The notes under the pieces: generated by a model
What the model was told of the DNA's origin: nothing
What the model saw: only the letters and a program-made list of their open reading frames with translations
Database searches by the model: none
In this document: positions 1 to 8,852 of the stretch, piece after piece
Layout: each line of letters starts with the position of its first letter
Position numbering within the stretch: position 1 is the first letter of the stretch
Translations under genes and position numbers: made by a program
Virus record (IMG/VR): IMGVR_UViG_3300031569_001508
Location: 18,171 to 82,170 of that record
Direction: 5' to 3' (one strand)
Length of the DNA stretch: 64,000 bases
Origin: a virus

Positions 1-1017
1 AGATTATTAATTTTAGAAGATATAAATGCTTTAAAAGAATTAAATACTACTTTTATGTCTATGGTAAGTGGAAAACTAGTTTTAATGAAACAGTTACAAT
101 CACCTACATTTTTACCTTTTAATTTAAGTTTTGACATAGATGGAATATCAGGTATGAGAATGTTTGAAAGATTTTTAATTGATGATAGAGTGTTACCCCC
201 ATCATATGGAGAGGGAAATGTAAATTTATTAGTTAAATCATTAAACCATATGATATCTCCTTCATCTTGGATTACACAAATAGATACTCAAGCAGTACCA
301 TCAAGACCATTAGATCCTGTAGCAAAACCAGTTCAATTAGATTCAATATCAACTACACAATCAACATCAGTTGTAGGTAATGATTCACCACCTCCTCCTG
401 GAGAACAACCCTCAGAAGATGAATTATTAAGAATAAGATTAACAAGAATATTAGATGACGGAACCCAAACCTTGGGTTATATGGAAATATTAGATACAGA
501 TGAAACAACAGTATTATATACTTTAGCAACTTCAGAATTGCCTTGGAAAGGAAATAGAAATAAAGTTAGTTCTATCCCAACAGATAAATATAGAGTAAAA
601 TCTCATGTTAGTGGTAAACATGGTCAATGTTTTTGGTTAATAGGTAATGAACAAGGAGGATATGCAAAAAATAGATTATTTGGTAATGGGTATACTAGAA
701 CAGCTGTTTTAATTCATAAATTTCCAAAAGCTCCTGGATGGGCTTTAGGCTGTATAGGACCTGGTCTTAGATTTAATGATCAAGCTAACCAAAGAGGAAG
801 ACAAAAGGGAACAGGACAAAATTATCTTGAACCTGCATTACCTCAATCTAACCAAGCTATGGCTAAAATTATAGGCACATTATATAGTGAAGGATCATTC
901 AAAATGGAAATTGTAAATCAAGGAGGAGTTAGTTCAAATCAATTACCTAAGTCATTTGACACTGTAAGAGGGATAGCTACTAGTAAAAATTTATTACCTA
1001 ACCCATATAATAAGTAA
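1..1017 (+). CDS. 5'-truncated baseplate hub/tail-associated protein with C-terminal DUF5675-like domain
   Basis: Frame is open from base 1, so the gene starts upstream. Hub-like segment (LSFDIDGISG...VKSLNHMI...WITQI), Pro/Ser/Thr linker, then IRLTR...TLG...ELPW..N...SSIP...Y...ILIH...GCIGPG, as in DUF5675. Confidence 0.55.
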   Translation, partial: RLLILEDINALKELNTTFMSMVSGKLVLMKQLQSPTFLPFNLSFDIDGISGMRMFERFLIDDRVLPPSYGEGNVNLLVKSLNHMISPSSWITQIDTQAVPSRPLDPVAKPVQLDSISTTQSTSVVGNDSPPPPGEQPSEDELLRIRLTRILDDGTQTLGYMEILDTDETTVLYTLATSELPWKGNRNKVSSIPTDKYRVKSHVSGKHGQCFWLIGNEQGGYAKNRLFGNGYTRTAVLIHKFPKAPGWALGCIGPGLRFNDQANQRGRQKGTGQNYLEPALPQSNQAMAKIIGTLYSEGSFKMEIVNQGGVSSNQLPKSFDTVRGIATSKNLLPNPYNK

Positions 1018-1667
1018 TGTACATACCTAAAAGTAGAATAAAGACAAATTTATATACATCTGGTGATGAGTATATGTTAAAATCAACTCAAAAAGAGTAT
1101 ATTGGGTTTTACCACACATTATACACAGGGAAGGCATATACCGGAAAAACACAAAATGATAAACCTATAGAGGAATTAATAGCATTTAAAAATACAACAG
1201 AAGAAATATTTAAATTAACCTCAGAAGGAAAAATATTTCAACAATATGCTGAAAATTGGGATGGTGAAGTAATCCCAGGCCAGTTCCAAAATATGGAAGA
1301 TGTTAGAATTTATAACAATATAACAGAAACTGATATTTCTAAAACAGCACTTATTCCCCAACAATCATACCCTAACCCAACAGAAGAAGATTATGAATTA
1401 GGCTCATTTACTAGATATTTTGCTGTTAAAACAAACCAAGATATATATTTAGAATTGGATTACACTACTTATAAAAAATTAAAGAAAAAAGATGCTAACT
1501 GGAATTGGCAGTTATACGAGTGTTTTTCAATACAATGGACACTAGTTGGAGAAGCTGTTCGAACTGCCCAAATTAATAGAAATCAAATTTTAATAGCTGA
1601 ACAAAGAACAAAAAGATTAGGGTTTGATGTATTTTTAAGAAAAAACTATTTAAAATTTTATAGATAG
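1017..1667 (+). CDS. hypothetical phage protein
   Basis: 216-aa ORF, TAATG-coupled to the upstream gene. Confidence 0.7.
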   Translation: MYIPKSRIKTNLYTSGDEYMLKSTQKEYIGFYHTLYTGKAYTGKTQNDKPIEELIAFKNTTEEIFKLTSEGKIFQQYAENWDGEVIPGQFQNMEDVRIYNNITETDISKTALIPQQSYPNPTEEDYELGSFTRYFAVKTNQDIYLELDYTTYKKLKKKDANWNWQLYECFSIQWTLVGEAVRTAQINRNQILIAEQRTKRLGFDVFLRKNYLKFYR

Positions 1668-1668
1668 A

Positions 1669-1697
1669 TTGGAGTTATAATATTATTTTTGTATATT
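1669..1697 (+). promoter_or_regulatory. Bacteroidetes-type -33/-7 promoter
   Basis: TTGG-N18-GTATATT immediately upstream of the PolA gene. Confidence 0.75.
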
Positions 1698-1714
1698 GGT
1701 ACAAAATAATAGTT

Positions 1715-2974
1715 ATGTTTTGGTTAGTTGAAGATGAAGAGCAGTTAAAAACGTTTAAAAACTATTGTAGTGGAGATGTTTTTATTGAAATCATTCCATA
1801 CGATAATAGAGAACATCCTACTCAAAATAAAATATGTGCTTTTTATATTCGCCCGTTAAATTCAACAAAAGGTTATATATTGCCCATATCCCACGACGAA
1901 ACATTAAACATTGATTTATACGCCGTAAAACGCGTAATAGACAATATAAACAACATATATGTACGTGATAAAAAAGAATTTTTACATTATTTAATATTTA
2001 AAAGCCTTTTGGACACAACACTAAATGGTCCTATGTATATACCAGAGTTAACAAAAACACATAATTACTTTTATACTAAATATCCTAATAAAAAAGACAT
2101 AAACAGAATAATACCTATAGTTAAACATTATGAGTATTGTGAAAACATATTTAACGACTTAAAAACAAAAATAAATGAGCCAATCAACGACTTTTACAAC
2201 ACGAAAGCCACAGTGGTTTTCAACGCCATGGAGCAAAGTGGTGTACGAATTGATAAAGAAAGATTTGAATCGCACTTTCACCCTATCGATAGAGAATTCA
2301 TCTACACGCAATACAACTTTAAAACAACAACAACAAGACCCTCAAACAAATTTGGAGGAGTAAATTATGCGGCACTTAATAAAGAAAATGGATGTAGAGA
2401 AAGCTTTATACCACGCAATGATAGGTTTATTGAGTTGGACATTGGTGCTTATCATCCTACTCTTTTGGGTTTGTTGGTTGGGTATAATTTTGGTAATAAA
2501 GATATACATGAATCTTTTGCAAAAATGTACGGCGTTAATTACAAAAAAGCTAAAGAGTTAACATTTAAACAACTATACGGAGGAGTATTTGAACAGTTTA
2601 AAGATCTGGAGTTTTTTAAGAAAGTACAAGTATATGTAGATGAAATGTGGGAAAAATTTAACCAAGAAGGTTACATTGAGTGTCCTATTTCAAACCATAA
2701 ATACGAAAAGAGTAAATTAGAGGATATGAAACCTCAAAAGTTATTAAATTATGTACTCCAAAACTTGGAGACAGCAATGAATATTCGTATATTATGGGAG
2801 ATATTTAAGTTATTAAGGGGGTATAAAACTAAATTAGTATTATATACTTATGATAGTTTCTTATTTGATTTTAAGGAGGGAGAAGAAACACTAATTATGG
2901 AAATAAAAGCTATATTTAACAATAATAAGCTTCAAATAAAAGAAAGTTATGGAAACAACTACAATTTTAAATAA
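1715..2974 (+). CDS. miniature, divergent family A DNA polymerase
   Basis: TTTTRPSN; motif A FIELDIGAYHP; motif B YKKAKELTFKQLYGG; NYVLQNLET; motif C LYTYDSFLFD. Only 419 aa. Confidence 0.8.
   Translation: MFWLVEDEEQLKTFKNYCSGDVFIEIIPYDNREHPTQNKICAFYIRPLNSTKGYILPISHDETLNIDLYAVKRVIDNINNIYVRDKKEFLHYLIFKSLLDTTLNGPMYIPELTKTHNYFYTKYPNKKDINRIIPIVKHYEYCENIFNDLKTKINEPINDFYNTKATVVFNAMEQSGVRIDKERFESHFHPIDREFIYTQYNFKTTTTRPSNKFGGVNYAALNKENGCRESFIPRNDRFIELDIGAYHPTLLGLLVGYNFGNKDIHESFAKMYGVNYKKAKELTFKQLYGGVFEQFKDLEFFKKVQVYVDEMWEKFNQEGYIECPISNHKYEKSKLEDMKPQKLLNYVLQNLETAMNIRILWEIFKLLRGYKTKLVLYTYDSFLFDFKEGEETLIMEIKAIFNNNKLQIKESYGNNYNFK
2765..2793 (+). promoter_or_regulatory. intragenic -33/-7 promoter inside polA
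   Basis: Exact TTGG-N18-GTATATT inside the CDS, upstream of ORF 2949. Confidence 0.6.
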
Positions 2975-3422
2975 ATCAGTTAATATGTATACTATAGATG
3001 ATTTTAAGGAATTCTCTACATTAAATATAGGTGATTTGAATAATAAACTATTTTGTACATTTACTACGTTAGATGAGTTAAACCCATTAATAGAGGATTT
3101 AACTTCTACATATGATATCATGTATAACAAAATATTCGTTTTGCATGTTAAAAGCAATAATGAGTATGTTTGTACCTATAACATCGACCAAACTAATCTT
3201 AATTCACTCCCAGAAAACACAATTCTTGTACATAGAAAAAAAGAATCTAATACTTTATATACTATAAACGCTTTAAATGAATTAATTAAAAGGTTAAATG
3301 GTGGAGTAGTTGATACTAAATTTCCAATTACTTGGGAGCATTATAGAAATACTATCCTTCTTACTCAAAGAGATGAGCTAAAAGAATTAAAGACAAAAAT
3401 CTATAAGATTCTTGAAGTATAG
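2949..3422 (+). CDS. hypothetical protein of the replication block
   Basis: 157-aa ORF (LFCTFT...VHRKKESNTLYTINALN) between polA and SSB. Confidence 0.7.
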   Translation: METTTILNKSVNMYTIDDFKEFSTLNIGDLNNKLFCTFTTLDELNPLIEDLTSTYDIMYNKIFVLHVKSNNEYVCTYNIDQTNLNSLPENTILVHRKKESNTLYTINALNELIKRLNGGVVDTKFPITWEHYRNTILLTQRDELKELKTKIYKILEV

Positions 3423-3423
3423 T

Positions 3424-3452
3424 TAGGCAAACCGAACATCCGTTCGTATATT
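3424..3452 (+). promoter_or_regulatory. -33/-7 promoter (TAGG variant)
   Basis: TAGG-N18-GTATATT upstream of SSB. Confidence 0.7.
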
Positions 3453-3497
3453 CATTACAATTAATAAACGTTATAAAACAATTAAAAGTTATCTATT

Positions 3498-4310
3498 ATG
3501 GATTTAAATGAAATCAAAAATCGCTTGGAGCAAATGAACAAGCAAACATCAAACAATAGTGGTGGAGGAACATCATTATTTTTTAAACCTTCCGTTGGTA
3601 AAGAAGTAGTTAGAGTGGTTCCTAACAAGTATAACAAACAATTCCCATTTACAGAAATGATGTTCTATTATGGAATTGGGAGTAGAGTAATGCCCTCACC
3701 TCAAAATTGGAATGAAAAAGACCCAATTCAAGAGTTTACAAAACAATTACGTAGTAGTGGAGACAAAGAAAATTGGAGATTAGCTAAAAAATTAGATGCT
3801 AAAACTCGTATTTTTGCTCCTATTATAGTAAGAGGAAAAGAAGATGAAGGTGTTAAATTATGGCAATTTGGTAAAGAAGTTTATCAAGATTTCTTGAATA
3901 TGGCTTCTGATGATGAAATTGGTGATTATACAGACATTGAAGGAGGTAGAGATATTAAATTAACCACTGTAGGACCTGAAGTAACAGGAACACCTTATAA
4001 TAAAACATCAGTAGGACCATCTTTAAAAACAACACCTTTATCAGATGATGTAAATGTTGTAAAGAGTCTTATTTCTAACCAACCAAACCCGTTAGAAGTA
4101 TTTAAAAAGTTAACATTTGAAGAAGTAAAAGCAAATTTACAAGAGTTTTTATCTACAGGTGAAGAGCAAGAGGTTTCAACACCTTCTAAAACACCACTAC
4201 CTTCATCTAATAACTACTCATTAGATACTAACAAATCTAAATCTAAAGCAGATCAATTTGATGATCTATTTTCTGAGGGTAAAGATAAAAAAGACGATTT
4301 ACCGTTTTAA
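3498..4310 (+). CDS. single-stranded DNA-binding protein (T4 gp32-like)
   Basis: VRVVP, GVKLWQFGKEVY, DYTDIEGGRDI, acidic C-terminus DDLPF; adjacent to RecA. Confidence 0.75.
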   Translation: MDLNEIKNRLEQMNKQTSNNSGGGTSLFFKPSVGKEVVRVVPNKYNKQFPFTEMMFYYGIGSRVMPSPQNWNEKDPIQEFTKQLRSSGDKENWRLAKKLDAKTRIFAPIIVRGKEDEGVKLWQFGKEVYQDFLNMASDDEIGDYTDIEGGRDIKLTTVGPEVTGTPYNKTSVGPSLKTTPLSDDVNVVKSLISNQPNPLEVFKKLTFEEVKANLQEFLSTGEEQEVSTPSKTPLPSSNNYSLDTNKSKSKADQFDDLFSEGKDKKDDLPF

Positions 4311-4322
4311 TAAATAAAATAC

Positions 4323-5399
4323 ATGGCGAGAACTAAAAAAACACTAGGGGAGGCAGTCTCTAAAGAAATACAATCTAATTTTAACCTTGATGCTTTTAAA
4401 ACAAAAAAAGGGTTAAAATCTAATATTAAATTTAAGGATCAAGACTGGATTCCAATTTCGACAGCATTTCAAGAAGTAACTTCAATTCCAGGTATTCCTA
4501 TGGGGCACATTGTGCTCCTTAGGGGTCACTCTGATACTGGAAAAACTACAGCTTTATTAGAAGCAGCAGTTTCAGCACAAAAACGAGATATTATGCCTGT
4601 TTTTATTATTACTGAAATGAAGTGGTCATGGGATCATGCTAAAATGATGGGACTTGAGGTTGATGAAGTTTTAGATCCTGACACGGGTGAAGTAGTTAAT
4701 TATGAAGGTAATTTTATTTATGTAGATAGAGAAACTATTAACTCTATTGAAGATGTAGCTGGTTTTATTTTAGATTTAATTGATGAACAAAAAAATGGTA
4801 ATTTACCTTATGATTTATTATTCTTATGGGATTCTATTGGATCAGTTCCTTGTGAAATGTCAATAAAATCAAATAAAAACAATAATGAATGGAACGCAGG
4901 TGCTATGTCAACCCAATTTGGTAATAGTGTAAACCAAAAAATTACTTTATCCAGAAAAGAATCATCACCATTTACTAATACATTAGTTTGTATTAATAAA
5001 GTTTGGACATTAAAAGCAGAATCTCCTATGGGAAAACCCAAATTGATGAATAAAGGAGGTTATGCTATGTGGTTTGATTCAACCTTTGTAGTAACATTTG
5101 GTAACGTTATGTCAGCTGGAACCTCAAAAATTAAAGCTATTAAAGATGGTAAACAAGTTGAATTTGCAAAAAGAGTAAACATTCAAATTGACAAAAACCA
5201 CATCAATGGTGTTACTACTAGAGGAAAAATTGTTATGACTCCTCATGGATTTATTTTAGACAATGATCGAGATCTTAAAAATTATAAGGATGCTAGAAAA
5301 GAAGATTGGGCTAAAATTCTAGGTGGGGGAGATTTTAGAGTTGTTGAAGAAGGTCAGGCATTTACTGATATAACATCCTTTGAAGACGAACCACAATAA
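4323..5399 (+). CDS. RecA/UvsX-like recombinase
   Basis: PGIPMGHIVLLRGHSDTGKTT (Walker A), LFLWDSIGS (Walker B), KNHI. Confidence 0.85.
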   Translation: MARTKKTLGEAVSKEIQSNFNLDAFKTKKGLKSNIKFKDQDWIPISTAFQEVTSIPGIPMGHIVLLRGHSDTGKTTALLEAAVSAQKRDIMPVFIITEMKWSWDHAKMMGLEVDEVLDPDTGEVVNYEGNFIYVDRETINSIEDVAGFILDLIDEQKNGNLPYDLLFLWDSIGSVPCEMSIKSNKNNNEWNAGAMSTQFGNSVNQKITLSRKESSPFTNTLVCINKVWTLKAESPMGKPKLMNKGGYAMWFDSTFVVTFGNVMSAGTSKIKAIKDGKQVEFAKRVNIQIDKNHINGVTTRGKIVMTPHGFILDNDRDLKNYKDARKEDWAKILGGGDFRVVEEGQAFTDITSFEDEPQ

Positions 5400-5401
5400 A
5401 C

Positions 5402-5438
5402 TTTGATACCCGGAGTATTTTTCGTATATTCCGGGTAT
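5402..5438 (+). promoter_or_regulatory. -33/-7 promoter embedded in an inverted repeat
   Basis: TTTG...TTCGTATATT flanked by ATACCCGGA (5406-5414) and TCCGGGTAT (5430-5438). Confidence 0.65.
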
Positions 5439-5451
5439 AAAAATTAATCAT

Positions 5452-6486
5452 ATGAAACAGAAAGAATTATTTAAACTCCTGGATGGCATTCAGGAGCAAG
5501 GAGAAAGTACTGCAGTAAATAGTGAAAGAGTTTTATTAATAGATGGGTTAAATTTATTTTTTAGAAATTTTGCTATGATGAATATGGTTAATCCTGAGGG
5601 GATTCATGTAGGAGGATTAGGTGGTTTTTTTCGTTCATTAGGGGCTTTAATTCGTCAAATAGATCCAACACAAGTATATATAGTATTTGATGGAGCAGGG
5701 TCAGCTAATAATAGGAAAAACATTCTTCCTGAATATAAATCAGGTAGAGATTTACAACGTATTACTAATTGGGATGCTTTTGATGATTTAGAAGATGAAC
5801 ATGATGCGAAAGTAGACCAAATGGTTAGGATTATTCAATATCTAAAAACCTTACCTGTTAAAACTTGTAGTATTGATAAGGTAGAAGCAGATGATATAAT
5901 TGCATATTTTAGTAAAATTATTCCCCAAAAACCCGAAGATAAAGTATTTATAGTATCTTCTGATAAAGATTTTATACAATTAGTGAATGAAAATGTTATT
6001 GTATATCGCCCTATGGAGAAAGAATATTATACAGAACAAACAGTAATTGATAAGTATAAAATGTCTCCTAAAAATTTTATACTACATAAAACTTTATTAG
6101 GTGATAATTCTGATAAAGTTAAAGGTGTTAAAGGATTAGGTGAAAAAGGCTTATATAAAAAATTCCCTGAATTGATGGAAAAGGATATGACAATGGATGA
6201 CATATATAACATATGTGAAGCAAAGTTTAAAGAGCATGTAGTTTATGCTAGGGTAATTCAAGGTTTTGAACAGTTAGAAAAAAATTATAAGATTATGGAT
6301 TTAGATAATCCTATGATTAGTAAAGATGATGAAAAGTATTTAGATGCGGTTGTTAGTTCAGAAATTCCACCGTATATTCCAGAACAATTTGTAGCATTTT
6401 ACAACCAGGATAAACTTGGGGGTATGATACGAAATGTTGAGTTTTGGGTAAAAGAGATTTTTGAAAAATTAGTTATAAAAAAATAA
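5452..6486 (+). CDS. 5'-3' exonuclease / flap endonuclease (T4 RNase H-like)
   Basis: LLIDG, VFDG, YKSGR, EADDIIA, SSDKDF, LGDNSDKVKGVKGLGEK. Confidence 0.9.
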   Translation: MKQKELFKLLDGIQEQGESTAVNSERVLLIDGLNLFFRNFAMMNMVNPEGIHVGGLGGFFRSLGALIRQIDPTQVYIVFDGAGSANNRKNILPEYKSGRDLQRITNWDAFDDLEDEHDAKVDQMVRIIQYLKTLPVKTCSIDKVEADDIIAYFSKIIPQKPEDKVFIVSSDKDFIQLVNENVIVYRPMEKEYYTEQTVIDKYKMSPKNFILHKTLLGDNSDKVKGVKGLGEKGLYKKFPELMEKDMTMDDIYNICEAKFKEHVVYARVIQGFEQLEKNYKIMDLDNPMISKDDEKYLDAVVSSEIPPYIPEQFVAFYNQDKLGGMIRNVEFWVKEIFEKLVIKK

Positions 6487-6491
6487 GTTAT

Positions 6492-7856
6492 ATGACATTA
6501 TTAAATTTAAACCAATATGGTCCTCATTTTCAAATAAAGGCCATATCTTCACTATTAACACATAAAAAGTTTTTAATTAGCATACATGATGTTTTAAGTG
6601 AAGAATATTTTGATAATCAAGCACATAAGTGGATTATTAAAGAAATACTTAGATATTATGATAAATATCATACAACTCCTTCAATGGATATTCTTAAGGT
6701 TGAGGTTAAAAAAATTGATAATGAAGTATTACAAGTGTCTGTTAAGGAACAACTTAGAGAAGCATACCAAGCATCCGAAGAAGATTTAGAGTATGTACAA
6801 GAAGAATTTTCAACATTTTGTAAAAACCAACAATTAAAAAAAGCATTATTAAATAGTGTTGATTTATTAAAAGCTGGGGATTTTGATGGTATTAAACATT
6901 TAGTAGAGTCTGCTTTAAAGGCTGGCAATGATAAAAATGTAGGACATGAATATAATAAAGATATTGAAACAAGATTTAGGGAAGATGCTAGAACTACAAT
7001 TCCAACTCCTTGGGTTAAAATTAATGAATTGTTACAAGGTGGATTGGGAAATGGAGATTTTGGTCTTATATTTGGTAGCCCAGGAGGTGGTAAATCTTGG
7101 TCGTTAGTAGCATTAGGAGGATATGCTGTAAGAATGGGTTATAATGTAATTCATTATACTTTAGAGTTAGGTGAAGCTTATGTAGGAAGAAGATATGATG
7201 CTTTCTTTAGCAAAATCCCAGTTGATAAAATACTCCAAAATAGGGAAAAAATAGAAGATATTATCCCCCAACTTCAGGGAGAGTTAATTATTAAAGAATT
7301 CCCAACAGGTAGGGCAACAATGTCTACAATAGAATCTCACATATCTAAGGTTTCAGATGGGGGGCTAAAACCAGATTTAATAATTATTGATTATGTAGAC
7401 CTTTTAGGAACAAAAAAGAAAACAGCTGATCGTAAAGGTGAAATAGATGATATTTATACAAGCACTAAGGGATTAGCTAGAGAATTAGATATACCAATTT
7501 GGTCTGTTTCTCAAGTTAATAGAGCTGGTGCTAAAGATGACATTGTAGAGGGAGATAAAGCAGCAGGATCTTATGATAAAATTATGATTACTGATGTTTG
7601 TATTTCTTTGTCAAGGAAAAAAGCCGATAAGGTAAATGGTACTGGAAGATTTCATATTATGAAAAATAGATATGGTATTGATGGTCTTACTTTTGGGGTT
7701 AAAGCTGACACATCTACAGGTCATTTTGAAGTTATAGATTACGATCCTGAAGATTACGAGAAGGAAGAAGTTCAACCTTCAAATAGTTTTAATAGTGGTC
7801 TTGATACTTTTGATAAACAAATGTTAAAAAATAAATTTTTTGAATTAAATAAATAA
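6492..7856 (+). CDS. DnaB/gp41-like replicative helicase
   Basis: GSPGGGKS (Walker A), TLEL, IIIDYVDL, SQVNR, KNRYG. Confidence 0.9.
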   Translation: MTLLNLNQYGPHFQIKAISSLLTHKKFLISIHDVLSEEYFDNQAHKWIIKEILRYYDKYHTTPSMDILKVEVKKIDNEVLQVSVKEQLREAYQASEEDLEYVQEEFSTFCKNQQLKKALLNSVDLLKAGDFDGIKHLVESALKAGNDKNVGHEYNKDIETRFREDARTTIPTPWVKINELLQGGLGNGDFGLIFGSPGGGKSWSLVALGGYAVRMGYNVIHYTLELGEAYVGRRYDAFFSKIPVDKILQNREKIEDIIPQLQGELIIKEFPTGRATMSTIESHISKVSDGGLKPDLIIIDYVDLLGTKKKTADRKGEIDDIYTSTKGLARELDIPIWSVSQVNRAGAKDDIVEGDKAAGSYDKIMITDVCISLSRKKADKVNGTGRFHIMKNRYGIDGLTFGVKADTSTGHFEVIDYDPEDYEKEEVQPSNSFNSGLDTFDKQMLKNKFFELNK

Positions 7857-7862
7857 AACTAA

Positions 7863-8849
7863 ATGGCAAAAACTTCCCTACTAAAAGAACGTATAGTATA
7901 TAAACCTTTTGAATATCAAGAGGCATCAGATTATTGGTTACAACAACAACAGGCACATTGGTTACATACAGAAGTACCTATGATGAGTGATGTTAATGAT
8001 TGGAAACAAAATTTATCCGAAACAGAAAAAAACATAATTGGTACAATTTTAAAAGGTTTTGCTCAGACGGAAACTGTAGTAAATGATTATTGGACCCAGT
8101 TAGTTACAAAATGGTTTAGAAAACCTGAAGTAATTAAAATGGCTGTTACGTTTGGGGCTTTTGAAACTATTCATGCTGAAGCTTATTCTTTGTTAAATGA
8201 AGAATTAGGATTAGATGATTTTAGTGAGTTTTTAGAGGATGAAGCAACAATGGCTAAAATTAATGCTTTAACAACAGTAAGAGATTCACATGATGGTACT
8301 CCTAACTGGCATGAAAGAGCTAAATCATTAGCTATATTTTCAGCATTTACAGAAGGTGTTAATTTATTTTCTTCATTTGCTGTTTTATTATCATTTAAAT
8401 TAGATAATAAACTTAAAGGCGTAGGTCAAATAGTTGAATGGAGTATTAGAGATGAATCATTACACTCAGAAGCTGGATGTTGGTTATTTAGAACTTTAAT
8501 GCAAGAACATCCTGAATTTAATACACCAGAATTAAAAGTAGATATTGAAGAAGCAGCTTTATTATCATTAAAATTAGAATTAGATTTTATTGATAAAGTA
8601 TATGAAATGGGGGATCTAAAAGGATGCCCAAAATATGATTTAGTATCATTTATTAAACATAGAGTAAACACTAAAATGGGTGATTTAGGATATGGACCGG
8701 TTGTTAATGGTATAGATAAAGATGCAGTAAAAAGAATGAAGTGGTTTGATAGTCTATCAGCTGGAAAACAGCATACAGATTTCTTTGCAAACAGAGTTAC
8801 TAACTATTCAAAAGGTGTCCAAGATTGGGACGCTAATTCAATATTTTAA
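7863..8849 (+). CDS. nrdB: class I ribonucleotide reductase beta subunit
   Basis: YKPFEY, ETIHAEAY, EGVNLFSSF, RDESLH, TDFFANRVTNY. Confidence 0.92.
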   Translation: MAKTSLLKERIVYKPFEYQEASDYWLQQQQAHWLHTEVPMMSDVNDWKQNLSETEKNIIGTILKGFAQTETVVNDYWTQLVTKWFRKPEVIKMAVTFGAFETIHAEAYSLLNEELGLDDFSEFLEDEATMAKINALTTVRDSHDGTPNWHERAKSLAIFSAFTEGVNLFSSFAVLLSFKLDNKLKGVGQIVEWSIRDESLHSEAGCWLFRTLMQEHPEFNTPELKVDIEEAALLSLKLELDFIDKVYEMGDLKGCPKYDLVSFIKHRVNTKMGDLGYGPVVNGIDKDAVKRMKWFDSLSAGKQHTDFFANRVTNYSKGVQDWDANSIF

Positions 8850-8852
8850 AAT

